64,000 nt of DNA from Treponemataceae bacterium (GTDB lineage Bacteria; Spirochaetota; Spirochaetia; Treponematales; Rectinemataceae), in assembly GCA_963678065.2 (NCBI GenBank), contig CAXXVZ010000004.1:1-64000 (forward strand). The letters are read 5' to 3'. The first letter of the stretch is position 1. Each line of letters starts with the position of its first letter. The position numbers were made by a program, and so were the translations under genes. The notes under the pieces are model-generated. The model saw only the letters and a program-made list of their open reading frames with translations, did not search any database and was not told the origin of the DNA. Of the stretch, positions 39,563-47,820 are shown one piece after another.

Positions 39563-40612
39563 CTACTCGTTGGGATGAATAATCACCTTCACAGCGGTCT
39601 TGTCCGTCTTATTGACCTCGAGGGCTTTGAAATAGTCATCGAGGGGAAACATATGCGAGACCATGTTGTCAAGCTTGACCTTCCCGTTCGCGATGTACTC
39701 GATCGCTTGCGGAAAGCAATAGGTCTGAGCCGAGCAGGAAATATACTGTTGCTCCCTATAGTGAAGCTGATTGAGCATGCCCGACGTGATATCGAGGGTT
39801 TCAGCAGAATGGAAGCTACCGTATTGCAGGTACCTGCCTCCCTTGCGCAGGAACTTGAAGAGGCTCTTCACCATCGGCCAGGACCCGGCTGAATCGATCA
39901 CGGCGTCGACGCCGTGGGGGAACATCTGGGCAATTGCCTTCTCGTGCACCGAGAAATCATCGCGCGCGGCCAGGATCGCAGGCACCCCACAGGCCGCGAG
40001 CCAGTCAAGTCTGTCCTGTCTGAGGCCGATAGCCGCCACTTTCTCGGCGTCGGAGAGATGCGCCAATTGGGATAGTATGAGCCCGTGAGGGCCCATACCG
40101 GTTACAAGGATGTTCTCGCCGAGCTTGGGCTTCAAAAGCTTCATCGCATGGACCGCGCAGGCGACCGGTTCGGTGATGGTCGCGTTATCGAAGGAAATAT
40201 GATCGGGTATCGCGAAGACCTTGGACTTCTCGACGAGGACATATTGCGCGAAACCGCCGTTGATATTATGGCCGAGCGAGCCGAAGTTTTCGCAGTAGAG
40301 CGAGTTGTCGTGCTGGCACTCGTAGCAGTCGCCACAGAGCACGGTATTGTCCGCCGTGACCCTGTCTCCTGTCTTCACCTTCGTGACGTTTTTGCCTATC
40401 TCCTCGACGTAGCCGGCGAACTCATGCCCAGGGACTACAGGATACTTCGCCAGGCCGGTACCCGTCGTGTCGTGGCCGATCTCAGCCCACTTGCAGATGC
40501 CGGCGGCCATCACTTTGATGATCACCTGATCGTCTCCGCAGGTGGGGTACGGGATATGACGGACGCTTCCCTTGCCGGGCGCATCGTAGACTAAAGCTTT
40601 CATCACTCGCAT
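39563..40612 (-). CDS. Zn-dependent MDR-family dehydrogenase (paralog of 28782-29870)
   Basis: GICKWAE, PGHEFAG, GDRVTADN, CGDCYEC...C, GMGPHG and KVIIHPN. Confidence 0.9.
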   Translation of the reverse strand: MRVMKALVYDAPGKGSVRHIPYPTCGDDQVIIKVMAAGICKWAEIGHDTTGTGLAKYPVVPGHEFAGYVEEIGKNVTKVKTGDRVTADNTVLCGDCYECQHDNSLYCENFGSLGHNINGGFAQYVLVEKSKVFAIPDHISFDNATITEPVACAVHAMKLLKPKLGENILVTGMGPHGLILSQLAHLSDAEKVAAIGLRQDRLDWLAACGVPAILAARDDFSVHEKAIAQMFPHGVDAVIDSAGSWPMVKSLFKFLRKGGRYLQYGSFHSAETLDITSGMLNQLHYREQQYISCSAQTYCFPQAIEYIANGKVKLDNMVSHMFPLDDYFKALEVNKTDKTAVKVIIHPNE

Positions 40613-40647
40613 GCGCTAATCTCCTCAGAGATGATTGATGATTTGGC

Positions 40648-41097
40648 TTATACGAGCCTTTCGAGTTCATCCGCTGGTATATCGTATTGGTCAATGCGGG
40701 ATTGCGCTCCCGAAGCGGATACAAGGAGCATATTCGAGCATGGCGAATCCTCGCCCGTGCGGATGAAGAACTTGGCATCGGCAGCCAGGTCCCTAAAGTT
40801 CTCGAAACTTGCATAGGTAAGGTCTTGGCGCCTAAAGACGGCCTTCACCGCGGTATCGAGCCTTGGATTCGACTTCGGCGCGGTGTCCATGAGCGTTACG
40901 CTCTGGACGATGACTTCGCCGCAAATCGCCTTGAGCGTCTGCATGAATCCCGGTACTCCGCGCGTGAGAGCGAGGTCGATTTTGCGGGCATTTTTCGGGA
41001 TCGGGAAGCCTATATCGCAAATGACGAACGAGTCAAAATGGCCGAGACGGGTTACTTCGAACATTAACGCCGCGTTTAGAATTCCGTGCTTCTTCAT
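40648..41097 (-). CDS. rbsD: RbsD/FucU-family pyranase/mutarotase
   Basis: MKKHGILN, LGHFDSFVICDIGFPIP, IDLALTRGVP and IRTGE. Confidence 0.88.
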   Translation of the reverse strand: MKKHGILNAALMFEVTRLGHFDSFVICDIGFPIPKNARKIDLALTRGVPGFMQTLKAICGEVIVQSVTLMDTAPKSNPRLDTAVKAVFRRQDLTYASFENFRDLAADAKFFIRTGEDSPCSNMLLVSASGAQSRIDQYDIPADELERLV

Positions 41098-41201
41098 CAG
41101 GAGTCATTCCCCTCGCTGAAGGAGCGCGAACCGACGTCTACGCGATCTTGCGCTTGCCCGAGACTCGCGGCGCGGAGCGGCCCACCCGCGCCTATATCCG
41201 C

Positions 41202-41951
41202 TCAGGGCCCCGCTATCGTGATCTCGACGCCTGCGGCCTTGAGATTGGCCAGAAGGACTTTGTCCGTGATGGGGCGCGAGGTGATCAATTGGTGTATCTG
41301 ATCGAAGCGCGCAAAGAGGACGACCGCCGATACGTTGAATTTGCTCGAATCGCACAATAGCACGACGCGCTTCGCGGATTTTATCATCGCTTTCTTGATG
41401 CTCGCCGAAAAAGGCGATACGCAGGTGAGGCCGTTTTTCGGGTCGATACCCGTCGTTGACAGGAACAGCGTTGAGGCCTGGATATTGCTGAGGAAATGCT
41501 CGGCATCCGGGCCGATGATCGTCTGTTGCCTGCCGATGAGCACGCCGCCCGTCAAGATGGTCGTCACATCGGTTACGGCGAAGGTGTTCGCTATCGCTAT
41601 GGAATTCGTGATTACCGTCAAATCCTTCTTGCTTACCAGTTGGTTCGCCAGGGAGAGTGTCGTCGTGCCGGAATCCAGGATGATCGACATCCCATCCTCT
41701 ATGAGCTTGGCTGCACATTTGGCTATCGCCATCTTTTCGTCCGAGAACAGGATATTTCTCGTGGGGAAGGGATTGACGATCTTCGCGGCCCCATGCGTGC
41801 GCATGATGGCGCCTGACTTCTCCAGATAGGAGAGATCTCGCCGAATGGTCGCTGGAGTCACATTGAAGCGCTTGATGATGTCTTCCACCCTCATTGAGGT
41901 CTCGAGGCTCAACATCTTGATGATTTCCTGGCGTCGCAGTTCTGTACTCAA
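41202..41951 (-). CDS. DeoR/GlpR-family transcriptional repressor
   Basis: RRQEII, VTPATIRRDL..LE, RTHGAA, ILDSGTTT, TVITNS and LCDSSKF; TTG start after GGGAG. Confidence 0.93.
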   Translation of the reverse strand: MSTELRRQEIIKMLSLETSMRVEDIIKRFNVTPATIRRDLSYLEKSGAIMRTHGAAKIVNPFPTRNILFSDEKMAIAKCAAKLIEDGMSIILDSGTTTLSLANQLVSKKDLTVITNSIAIANTFAVTDVTTILTGGVLIGRQQTIIGPDAEHFLSNIQASTLFLSTTGIDPKNGLTCVSPFSASIKKAMIKSAKRVVLLCDSSKFNVSAVVLFARFDQIHQLITSRPITDKVLLANLKAAGVEITIAGP

Positions 41952-42058
41952 ATCTGCTACTCCCTGTATATAGTAATGTACAGATAGCAAATGTTACCAT
42001 CATACGCTCCAAATGACAATCATTAGTCAACCATACCTGATTCTTTCATCCCATTCCT

Positions 42059-42090
42059 CTTGATATGAAAAAGAAAAGTATCATATCAAG
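42059..42090. promoter_or_regulatory. 10-bp inverted repeat upstream of deoR (operator-like)
   Basis: CTTGATATGA-N12-TCATATCAAG. Confidence 0.5.
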
Positions 42091-42135
42091 GCTGCTCTCT
42101 GGTCCACATCGCACAGATCTACTGAGTCGAAGTGG

Positions 42136-42612
42136 CTAGCCCTTGAATGCCTCAGCCTCGTAGTGCGCCCACTTTGCGGCACCGGATTCGAGGCGCACCT
42201 TGCGCTCGGGCGTTACACCATACGCGAACTCGGTCTCGAGAAACACGTCGATGATCTCGCAGGCCATACGGATGCTCGTTGTGGTCCCGCCAATCGCGAT
42301 GATGTTCGCGTTATTCACAATGCGGCTCTCGCGCGCTGCCCAATAGCTTTCAACAAGGGCACATCGTGCTCCCATGTTCTTGTTAGCAGCGATACTGATC
42401 CCTACTCCTGTGGCACAAATCACTACCCCACGCGCGGCTTCACCGCTCGTGACGGCCTTCGCCACGTTGCGCCCTACATCCATGTACCACACTGGATGCT
42501 CCGCGTCCCGAGTCCCCAGATCCAGTACATTGTGTCCCTTTCCGATGAGGTGCTTCTTCACTTCCACCTTCAACTCGTAACCACCGGGATCTGCGCCTAG
42601 TGCGATCGTCAT
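42136..42612 (-). CDS. rpiB: RpiB/LacA/LacB-family sugar isomerase (divergent)
   Basis: IALGAD.GG..LK, VLDLGT, GVVICATGVG..IAANK, NNAN and FLETEF; GGAGG RBS. The symbol is family-level only. Confidence 0.88.
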   Translation of the reverse strand: MTIALGADPGGYELKVEVKKHLIGKGHNVLDLGTRDAEHPVWYMDVGRNVAKAVTSGEAARGVVICATGVGISIAANKNMGARCALVESYWAARESRIVNNANIIAIGGTTTSIRMACEIIDVFLETEFAYGVTPERKVRLESGAAKWAHYEAEAFKG

Positions 42613-42712
42613 GCTTCTACCTCCGTTTTTCCAACTAACGCTTCAGTGCATGCATCCTCACGCTCTCCGCAATTTCCAGAAAACGTTCAAATACGTTCTT
42701 TTTGTTCTGAAG

Positions 42713-42748
42713 CTATCATATGATAGACTAGCTATTATCACTTGTCAA
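42713..42748 (-). promoter_or_regulatory. sigma70 promoter for the rpiB unit with a palindrome over the -10 box
   Basis: Minus strand TTGACA (42748-42743), 17 nt spacer, TATCAT (42725-42720); palindrome CTATCATATGATAG at 42713-42726. Confidence 0.65.
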
Positions 42749-42859
42749 GAAAAATGCAAATTTTTTGTTTATACAGAATATACCATAAATACTTATTTTA
42801 TTCTTTATATAATATACAATAATACTATTTCATATAATTCAGTGTAATTCGATAATGGC

Positions 42860-42888
42860 TTGACAGTTCCATAAAATGGTTTCAGAAT
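42860..42888 (+). promoter_or_regulatory. Putative sigma70 promoter for transketolase pair 2
   Basis: TTGACA (42860-42865), 17 nt spacer, CAGAAT (42883-42888), within a very AT-rich spacer. Confidence 0.45.
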
Positions 42889-42989
42889 ACCATATAGATT
42901 TATCATTACATATGTATTTATTATCATTTCAGCTATTTGATGTTCTTTTTTCGAACATTGCACAAATCCAAGAGAAGGTGGACGAAGGC

Positions 42990-43829
42990 ATGAGTAGAAT
43001 GGAAATAGCCCAACTGAAGCTCACGGCCATCAAATGCCGGCAGAACGTGCTCCGCATGATACGAGCGAATCGCTCCGGGCACCTCGGTCCGGCCTATTCC
43101 TGCATTGATATCGTGACTGCCCTCTATTTCCATGGGATGAACGTCGATCCCGGGAACCCGGACAAGCCCGATCGCGACCGCTTCCTTCTTTCTGCAGGGC
43201 ACAAGGGAATGGCGCAATATGCAGCGCTCGCAGAAGCTGGCTTCTTTCCGAAGGATGTGCTCGACACCTTCGGACAGTTCAAGTCCCGGATACCCGGCCA
43301 TCCCGACATGCATAAGCTTCCGGGGATCGAGGCGAATACGGGAGCCCTTGGACACGGTCTTGGCCTCGCATGTGGCATGGCACTCTCGCTGCGCCTCGAC
43401 CGCTACAAGTCGCGTGTATTCGTCCTCCTCGGCGATGGAGAGTTGGCGGAAGGCTCCAATTGGGAGAGTGCGGCGATCGCGGCGCACTATCGCCTCGACA
43501 ACCTTGTCGCCTTCATCGACCTGAACGGCCTGCAGATCAGCGGGCGTACGAAGAACATTATGAGCTTCGAACCCGTCGGTGAGCACTTCGCCGGCTTCGG
43601 CTGGACGACTCGTGATATCGATGGCAACAAGATGGAAGACATTGTAGACGCACTGGACGCTCTTCCCTTTGAAAATGGAAAACCAAGCCTCATCGTTGCG
43701 CATACGATCAAGGGCAAGGGATTTTCGGATGCCGAGGACGCAGCGGCGTATCACTATTGGAACGCGACTGAGTCGGACTTGTCCCGTGCAGAGCGGGAGC
43801 TCGCGGAAGCGATCGGGAAGGTGGACTGA
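42990..43829 (+). CDS. Split transketolase, N-terminal subunit 2
   Basis: GHLGPAYS, DRDRFLLSAGH, PGHP, NTGALGHG, GDGELAEGSNWE...DLNGLQ and HTIKGKG. Confidence 0.93.
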   Translation: MSRMEIAQLKLTAIKCRQNVLRMIRANRSGHLGPAYSCIDIVTALYFHGMNVDPGNPDKPDRDRFLLSAGHKGMAQYAALAEAGFFPKDVLDTFGQFKSRIPGHPDMHKLPGIEANTGALGHGLGLACGMALSLRLDRYKSRVFVLLGDGELAEGSNWESAAIAAHYRLDNLVAFIDLNGLQISGRTKNIMSFEPVGEHFAGFGWTTRDIDGNKMEDIVDALDALPFENGKPSLIVAHTIKGKGFSDAEDAAAYHYWNATESDLSRAERELAEAIGKVD

Positions 43830-43830
43830 A

Positions 43831-44772
43831 ATGAACTACGAGATGATCGATGCCAAGAAAGTGATGGGTGAAGCCGTCTACGAGATGGCGCGGGACCACG
43901 AAAATATCGTCATGATATCGACGGACAGCGCGAGCCGCTCCGGGTTCTCCGCATTCATCAAAGATTTCCCGGACCGCTACTTCGAGCTGGGAATAATGGA
44001 GCAGTCAGCCCTGAGCGTCGCGTCGGGCTTCGCGACGACAGGGAAAATACCCATATTCTGCGCACCGGCTCCCTTCGTGACTGGCCGGCCTTTCGAGATG
44101 TTCAAGGTAGACTTGGGCTATATGCGGCAGAACGCCAAGATCATCGGGAGAAATTGCGGCTTTAACTATTCGGACCTTGGCCCGACGCATTATGGGTTGG
44201 AAGATTATGGCCTCATCAGGATGATACCAAAGGTCGTCATCCTCGCTCCGCAGGATGCCTCGGAGTTAAAGGCTGCGATAAAAGCAATGCTGGAATACGC
44301 TGGGCCTGTCTACCTCCGGTTGAGTGCGGGACCGATACCGAGGATCTTCGACGAAAAACCCTTCCAGATCGGCAAAGGGAATGTCATCCGCGATGGCAAA
44401 GACATTGCGATAGTGACAACCGGGGAAATCACCTTCAACGTTCTCGCGGCAACAGAAGCTCTGGTAAGCTACGGGATCGACCCCATGGTGATCGGGATGC
44501 CCACAATAAGACCCATCGACGAGGCGCTCGTGATCGAGGCCGCGAAAAAGACCGGCAAAGTCGTCACTGTCGAAGAGCACTTCGATATCGGCGGACTCGG
44601 TACGATCGTCTGTGAGCTTTGCAGTGCATCCTGTCCAGTACCAGTACTGCGACTAGGAGTCCCAAGCGACTACATAAACTCCGGGCCTTATAAAGACCTA
44701 ATGGCGGAGGTCGGCCTGGATACCGATCACCTGGTCGCGAAAATTGCGGAGTTTGCGAAAAGAAAGCTTTAA
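43831..44772 (+). CDS. Split transketolase, C-terminal subunit 2
   Basis: YFELGIMEQ, LGPTHY, GPVYLRL, TIRPID and VEEH...GGLG. Confidence 0.93.
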   Translation: MNYEMIDAKKVMGEAVYEMARDHENIVMISTDSASRSGFSAFIKDFPDRYFELGIMEQSALSVASGFATTGKIPIFCAPAPFVTGRPFEMFKVDLGYMRQNAKIIGRNCGFNYSDLGPTHYGLEDYGLIRMIPKVVILAPQDASELKAAIKAMLEYAGPVYLRLSAGPIPRIFDEKPFQIGKGNVIRDGKDIAIVTTGEITFNVLAATEALVSYGIDPMVIGMPTIRPIDEALVIEAAKKTGKVVTVEEHFDIGGLGTIVCELCSASCPVPVLRLGVPSDYINSGPYKDLMAEVGLDTDHLVAKIAEFAKRKL

Positions 44773-44895
44773 CGCCAATCGCTTCGCCCGAAGTCTTCAG
44801 TTGAGCATCAGGATGGTCATAAAGGTATTCTTTGGAGGCTGAGAGCATCCCACCTGATAAGCTGGACAAGCTTCCCCGCCCGGTCCCGCCGAAAA

Positions 44896-46173
44896 TCATG
44901 GCGACGGGGATCCCCGCCCTGCGCGTAGGGGCAGGCTGTCATCCTCCCTCATGTGGACGGCCAGCGGCAGACCTGAGTTCCTTACGGCCGAGGCGACGCA
45001 GGCGGCGAGCCACATGGCTCCGAACTCGTTGTGGTGGGTGTAGTCCCCCGGCATCGCGAAGGCACGCGGAGTCTGGTCAGGCCCCATCGACTCGTAGAAG
45101 TCGCGGCTCATTTTCTCGAGATCGATGAGGGAGACCCCCTCTTCGGCCGCCAGCGCGCGGACGGCGTCGGGATAGCGGCCGTGCGAGGGAATGATCCTTC
45201 GGCCGGAATCGAAGCGGCAGCGTTCGCAGGAGGTGACGAGGACGGGAATCGCGCCTCGCTGCCGCGCCTCGGCGATGTAGACGGCGAGATAGGCGCGATA
45301 GGTCGTCTGTGCATCGAGATAGGTCTGCGGCCACTCGGCCTTCTGGTCGTTGTGTCCGAACTGGATGAAGAGATAGTCGCCGGGCTTCATCCTTTCCAGA
45401 ACCTTGGCGAGCCTCAGTCCCGAGATGAAGGATTTCAGTGTTTCACCGGACTCGGCGTGGTTGGCGACGACGACTCCGGGCCCGAAAAAAGCCGGCAGCA
45501 TCTGGCCCCAGCTCGCGTAGGGCGGACTTTCCTGGTCGGCCACGGTCGAGTCTCCCGCAAGATATATGACGGGGAGTTCGTCGGCCGCCTCGATTTCCAG
45601 GGCCGACACGCGCGGATGTGGGCCTGAAAACAGAAGGCTGAGCCTGTCAGCCCAATCCCTGCCGGTCTTTTCCGAGTCTTTCAGCACGACACAGTCGGCC
45701 CCGGGTGCGGTCGGCGGAGGCGGCATCAGGCGGGCCGTCCGCAGGTTCACGGCTATGGCCGCTTCGGCGAATTCCCCCGGGCCCGTCAGGACTTCTCCGA
45801 GCATGAGCCTCCGACCCTGAGAAAAAACCCTTGTCGACGATTCCGATCGCGCATCGCCGAAGCAGATCCTCACGCGGTAGCTTCCCTCGGGCAGCGGCCG
45901 GGAAAACCGGAAGGGCCTTCCCGGCTCGGGCGCGGCCGCGCGAGCGGGGACGGAGCCCGCATTGCGGGATCCCGTTTCCAGGGAAACCGATTCCGGGGAT
46001 TCAGGAACCGGAAACTCAGCTTCCGAAAAGGTCCATCCGGATTCCGCCGAACCCGGTTCGCAATCGAATCTGAATCTCACAGGATCACTCCCGAAGGCCG
46101 CACCGCGCATGGGGGCTGGGCCACACAGAGGCTGGACTGCGCGCGGCGGCGTCGCCGCGCACAGCGCGCTCAT
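44896..46173 (-). CDS. Rhamnogalacturonan acetylesterase-like SGNH hydrolase (CE12; RhgT/YesT/YesY type) with N-terminal beta-sandwich
   Basis: IYLAGDSTVADQ, SWGQML, NHAESGE, IQFGHNDQK and DYTHHNEFGA. Start uncertain (46110, 46173 or 46209). Confidence 0.88.
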   Translation of the reverse strand: MSALCAATPPRAVQPLCGPAPMRGAAFGSDPVRFRFDCEPGSAESGWTFSEAEFPVPESPESVSLETGSRNAGSVPARAAAPEPGRPFRFSRPLPEGSYRVRICFGDARSESSTRVFSQGRRLMLGEVLTGPGEFAEAAIAVNLRTARLMPPPPTAPGADCVVLKDSEKTGRDWADRLSLLFSGPHPRVSALEIEAADELPVIYLAGDSTVADQESPPYASWGQMLPAFFGPGVVVANHAESGETLKSFISGLRLAKVLERMKPGDYLFIQFGHNDQKAEWPQTYLDAQTTYRAYLAVYIAEARQRGAIPVLVTSCERCRFDSGRRIIPSHGRYPDAVRALAAEEGVSLIDLEKMSRDFYESMGPDQTPRAFAMPGDYTHHNEFGAMWLAACVASAVRNSGLPLAVHMREDDSLPLRAGRGSPSP

Positions 46174-46233
46174 TTTCCGGAGACACGGGCCGGCGGGGCC
46201 CCGAACCATTTCGGAGCCGCGGCCGACCGAACT

Positions 46234-47775
46234 TTATTTCTTGTGCTCGGCGTCGTAGGCCTTGAGCATGTCTTCCTTGACCTGCCTGGCTCCGAGATCG
46301 AGCCATTCCTTGAGGTAGGCATCGAAGAGGGCGTCAAACTCGGAAGGTTTGCACATGATGAGCTTCTTCTGCATCTCTTCCGCCTTGTCGATGAGCATGC
46401 GGCTCATATTGGCGAGAGAGTCGGGAGGATTCGCGATGCGGACAGGCGGGATGCCGTCTTTATCGACCATCTTGTAATGCTCGACGAACACGCTCGAGGG
46501 GTACTTCGCGTCGACCCAGCCGATGGTCTGAGCCTTGATGGCCTTTTCGATGGAATCGTAGGGCCGCCCGTTGAGAATGATGACGCGGTCGAGAATGTTG
46601 CCCGCCTCCCAAACCTGGTTGCCGGAGAGCTTCCGCGGGATGATGATTCCTTCCTTGTTGAGGTCGTAGTGCACGCCCTCGTCGCCGAACATGATCTTGG
46701 TCATATTCTTGAGGTCGGCCATCCAGTTGAGGTACTTCACGACGAGGTCGGCGTTCTTGGACGTTGCGGGGACGAAATTGAAGATGCCGATGGGGTTGTA
46801 AACGTATTTCGCCGTCTTGCCCTCGGCGTTGGTGAAGGGATCGCAGGGCGCCCAGACGCAGTCGGGATCGTTCTTCTGGATCGCCGGGATGAGGTTGTAG
46901 AACCAGGGATAGGCCAGGTTGTTGGTGAAGGTTCCCACATAGCCGTTGGAGATGGCCGACTGCAGGTTGAGCATGTCGTTCTTGGGCCACAGAGCCCAGT
47001 CTTTCTGGACGAGACCCTCATTCTGCAGCATGTTTGCGAACCTGAGCGCGTCCTTCATGCCGGGGATGGCGAGGTCGCGGCAGGGCCAGGTGATCGAGGC
47101 GCCTATCCAGGCGGCGCGTTCGCGCTCGGTGCTCGGTTTGTAGAAGGAGTAGATCAGGTTCGCGTCGGCGGTGGCCCCGAAGCCGCCGATGGGCGCGAGG
47201 TTGGCTCCCTTCTTGCCCGGATCCTTGTCGCGGAAGGCGCGGACCGCGGCGAGCCACTGATCCCTCGTCTTGGGAACGGGGAGACCGAGCTTGTCGAGCC
47301 AGTCCTTGCGGATCCAGGTGCCGGAGATTCCCATCATCTGGCGCTTGCCGGGGATGGCGTAAATCCTGTCGTCGAAAGTTCCGTACTCGAGGACATCCGG
47401 TCCGAGGAAGGCCTTGAGCGTGGGCGCCGATTTGTCGATGAGACTCGTCAGGTCGGTGAGTCCGCCCTTGTTCGCGTAACTCGCGACGAGAACGGAGTCA
47501 TAGGTGAAGCAGAGGTCGGGCGCGTCGCCTGCGGCCATCATGAGATTGAGTTTTTCGACTTCTTGCGGGCGGGGCACGAGAACCCACTCGATTTTGACAT
47601 TGTTGGGGTCGCCGAAAGTCTTCTGAATCCACTGCGCGGGCGGTCCGTTCTCGAGGACTCCCGGCTGGAGGTTCAGCCTGTCAAAGATTTCGATCCGGAG
47701 AGTCCTCTGAGGCGCTCCGAAACATGGAAGTCCAACGATGAGCAACGCGGCGAGAATCAACATGAGTCTCTTCAT
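46234..47775 (-). CDS. Oligosaccharide ABC transporter substrate-binding protein (LplA-like)
   Basis: Signal peptide; NLMMAAGDAPD, WIRKDWLDKLGLPVPKT and FGDEGVHY; AAGGAG RBS. Confidence 0.92.
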   Translation of the reverse strand: MKRLMLILAALLIVGLPCFGAPQRTLRIEIFDRLNLQPGVLENGPPAQWIQKTFGDPNNVKIEWVLVPRPQEVEKLNLMMAAGDAPDLCFTYDSVLVASYANKGGLTDLTSLIDKSAPTLKAFLGPDVLEYGTFDDRIYAIPGKRQMMGISGTWIRKDWLDKLGLPVPKTRDQWLAAVRAFRDKDPGKKGANLAPIGGFGATADANLIYSFYKPSTERERAAWIGASITWPCRDLAIPGMKDALRFANMLQNEGLVQKDWALWPKNDMLNLQSAISNGYVGTFTNNLAYPWFYNLIPAIQKNDPDCVWAPCDPFTNAEGKTAKYVYNPIGIFNFVPATSKNADLVVKYLNWMADLKNMTKIMFGDEGVHYDLNKEGIIIPRKLSGNQVWEAGNILDRVIILNGRPYDSIEKAIKAQTIGWVDAKYPSSVFVEHYKMVDKDGIPPVRIANPPDSLANMSRMLIDKAEEMQKKLIMCKPSEFDALFDAYLKEWLDLGARQVKEDMLKAYDAEHKK

Positions 47776-47820
47776 TCCGATCTCCTTTGACCAGAAATAT
47801 CAAAAACCCGAAAAGGGTTT

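Noticed and set aside
27568..44772. Assignment as the known apiose (AptAB) or sulfoquinovose (sulfo-TK) cluster
   Set aside because: No apulose kinase or recognisable apiose isomerase, and no GH31 sulfoquinovosidase or SQ isomerase; only the logic is similar
44773..44895. Protein-like text on the minus strand (SKEYLYDHPDAQLK) at the island's right edge, a possible gene remnant
   Set aside because: Too short, with no family I can recognise; needs blastx
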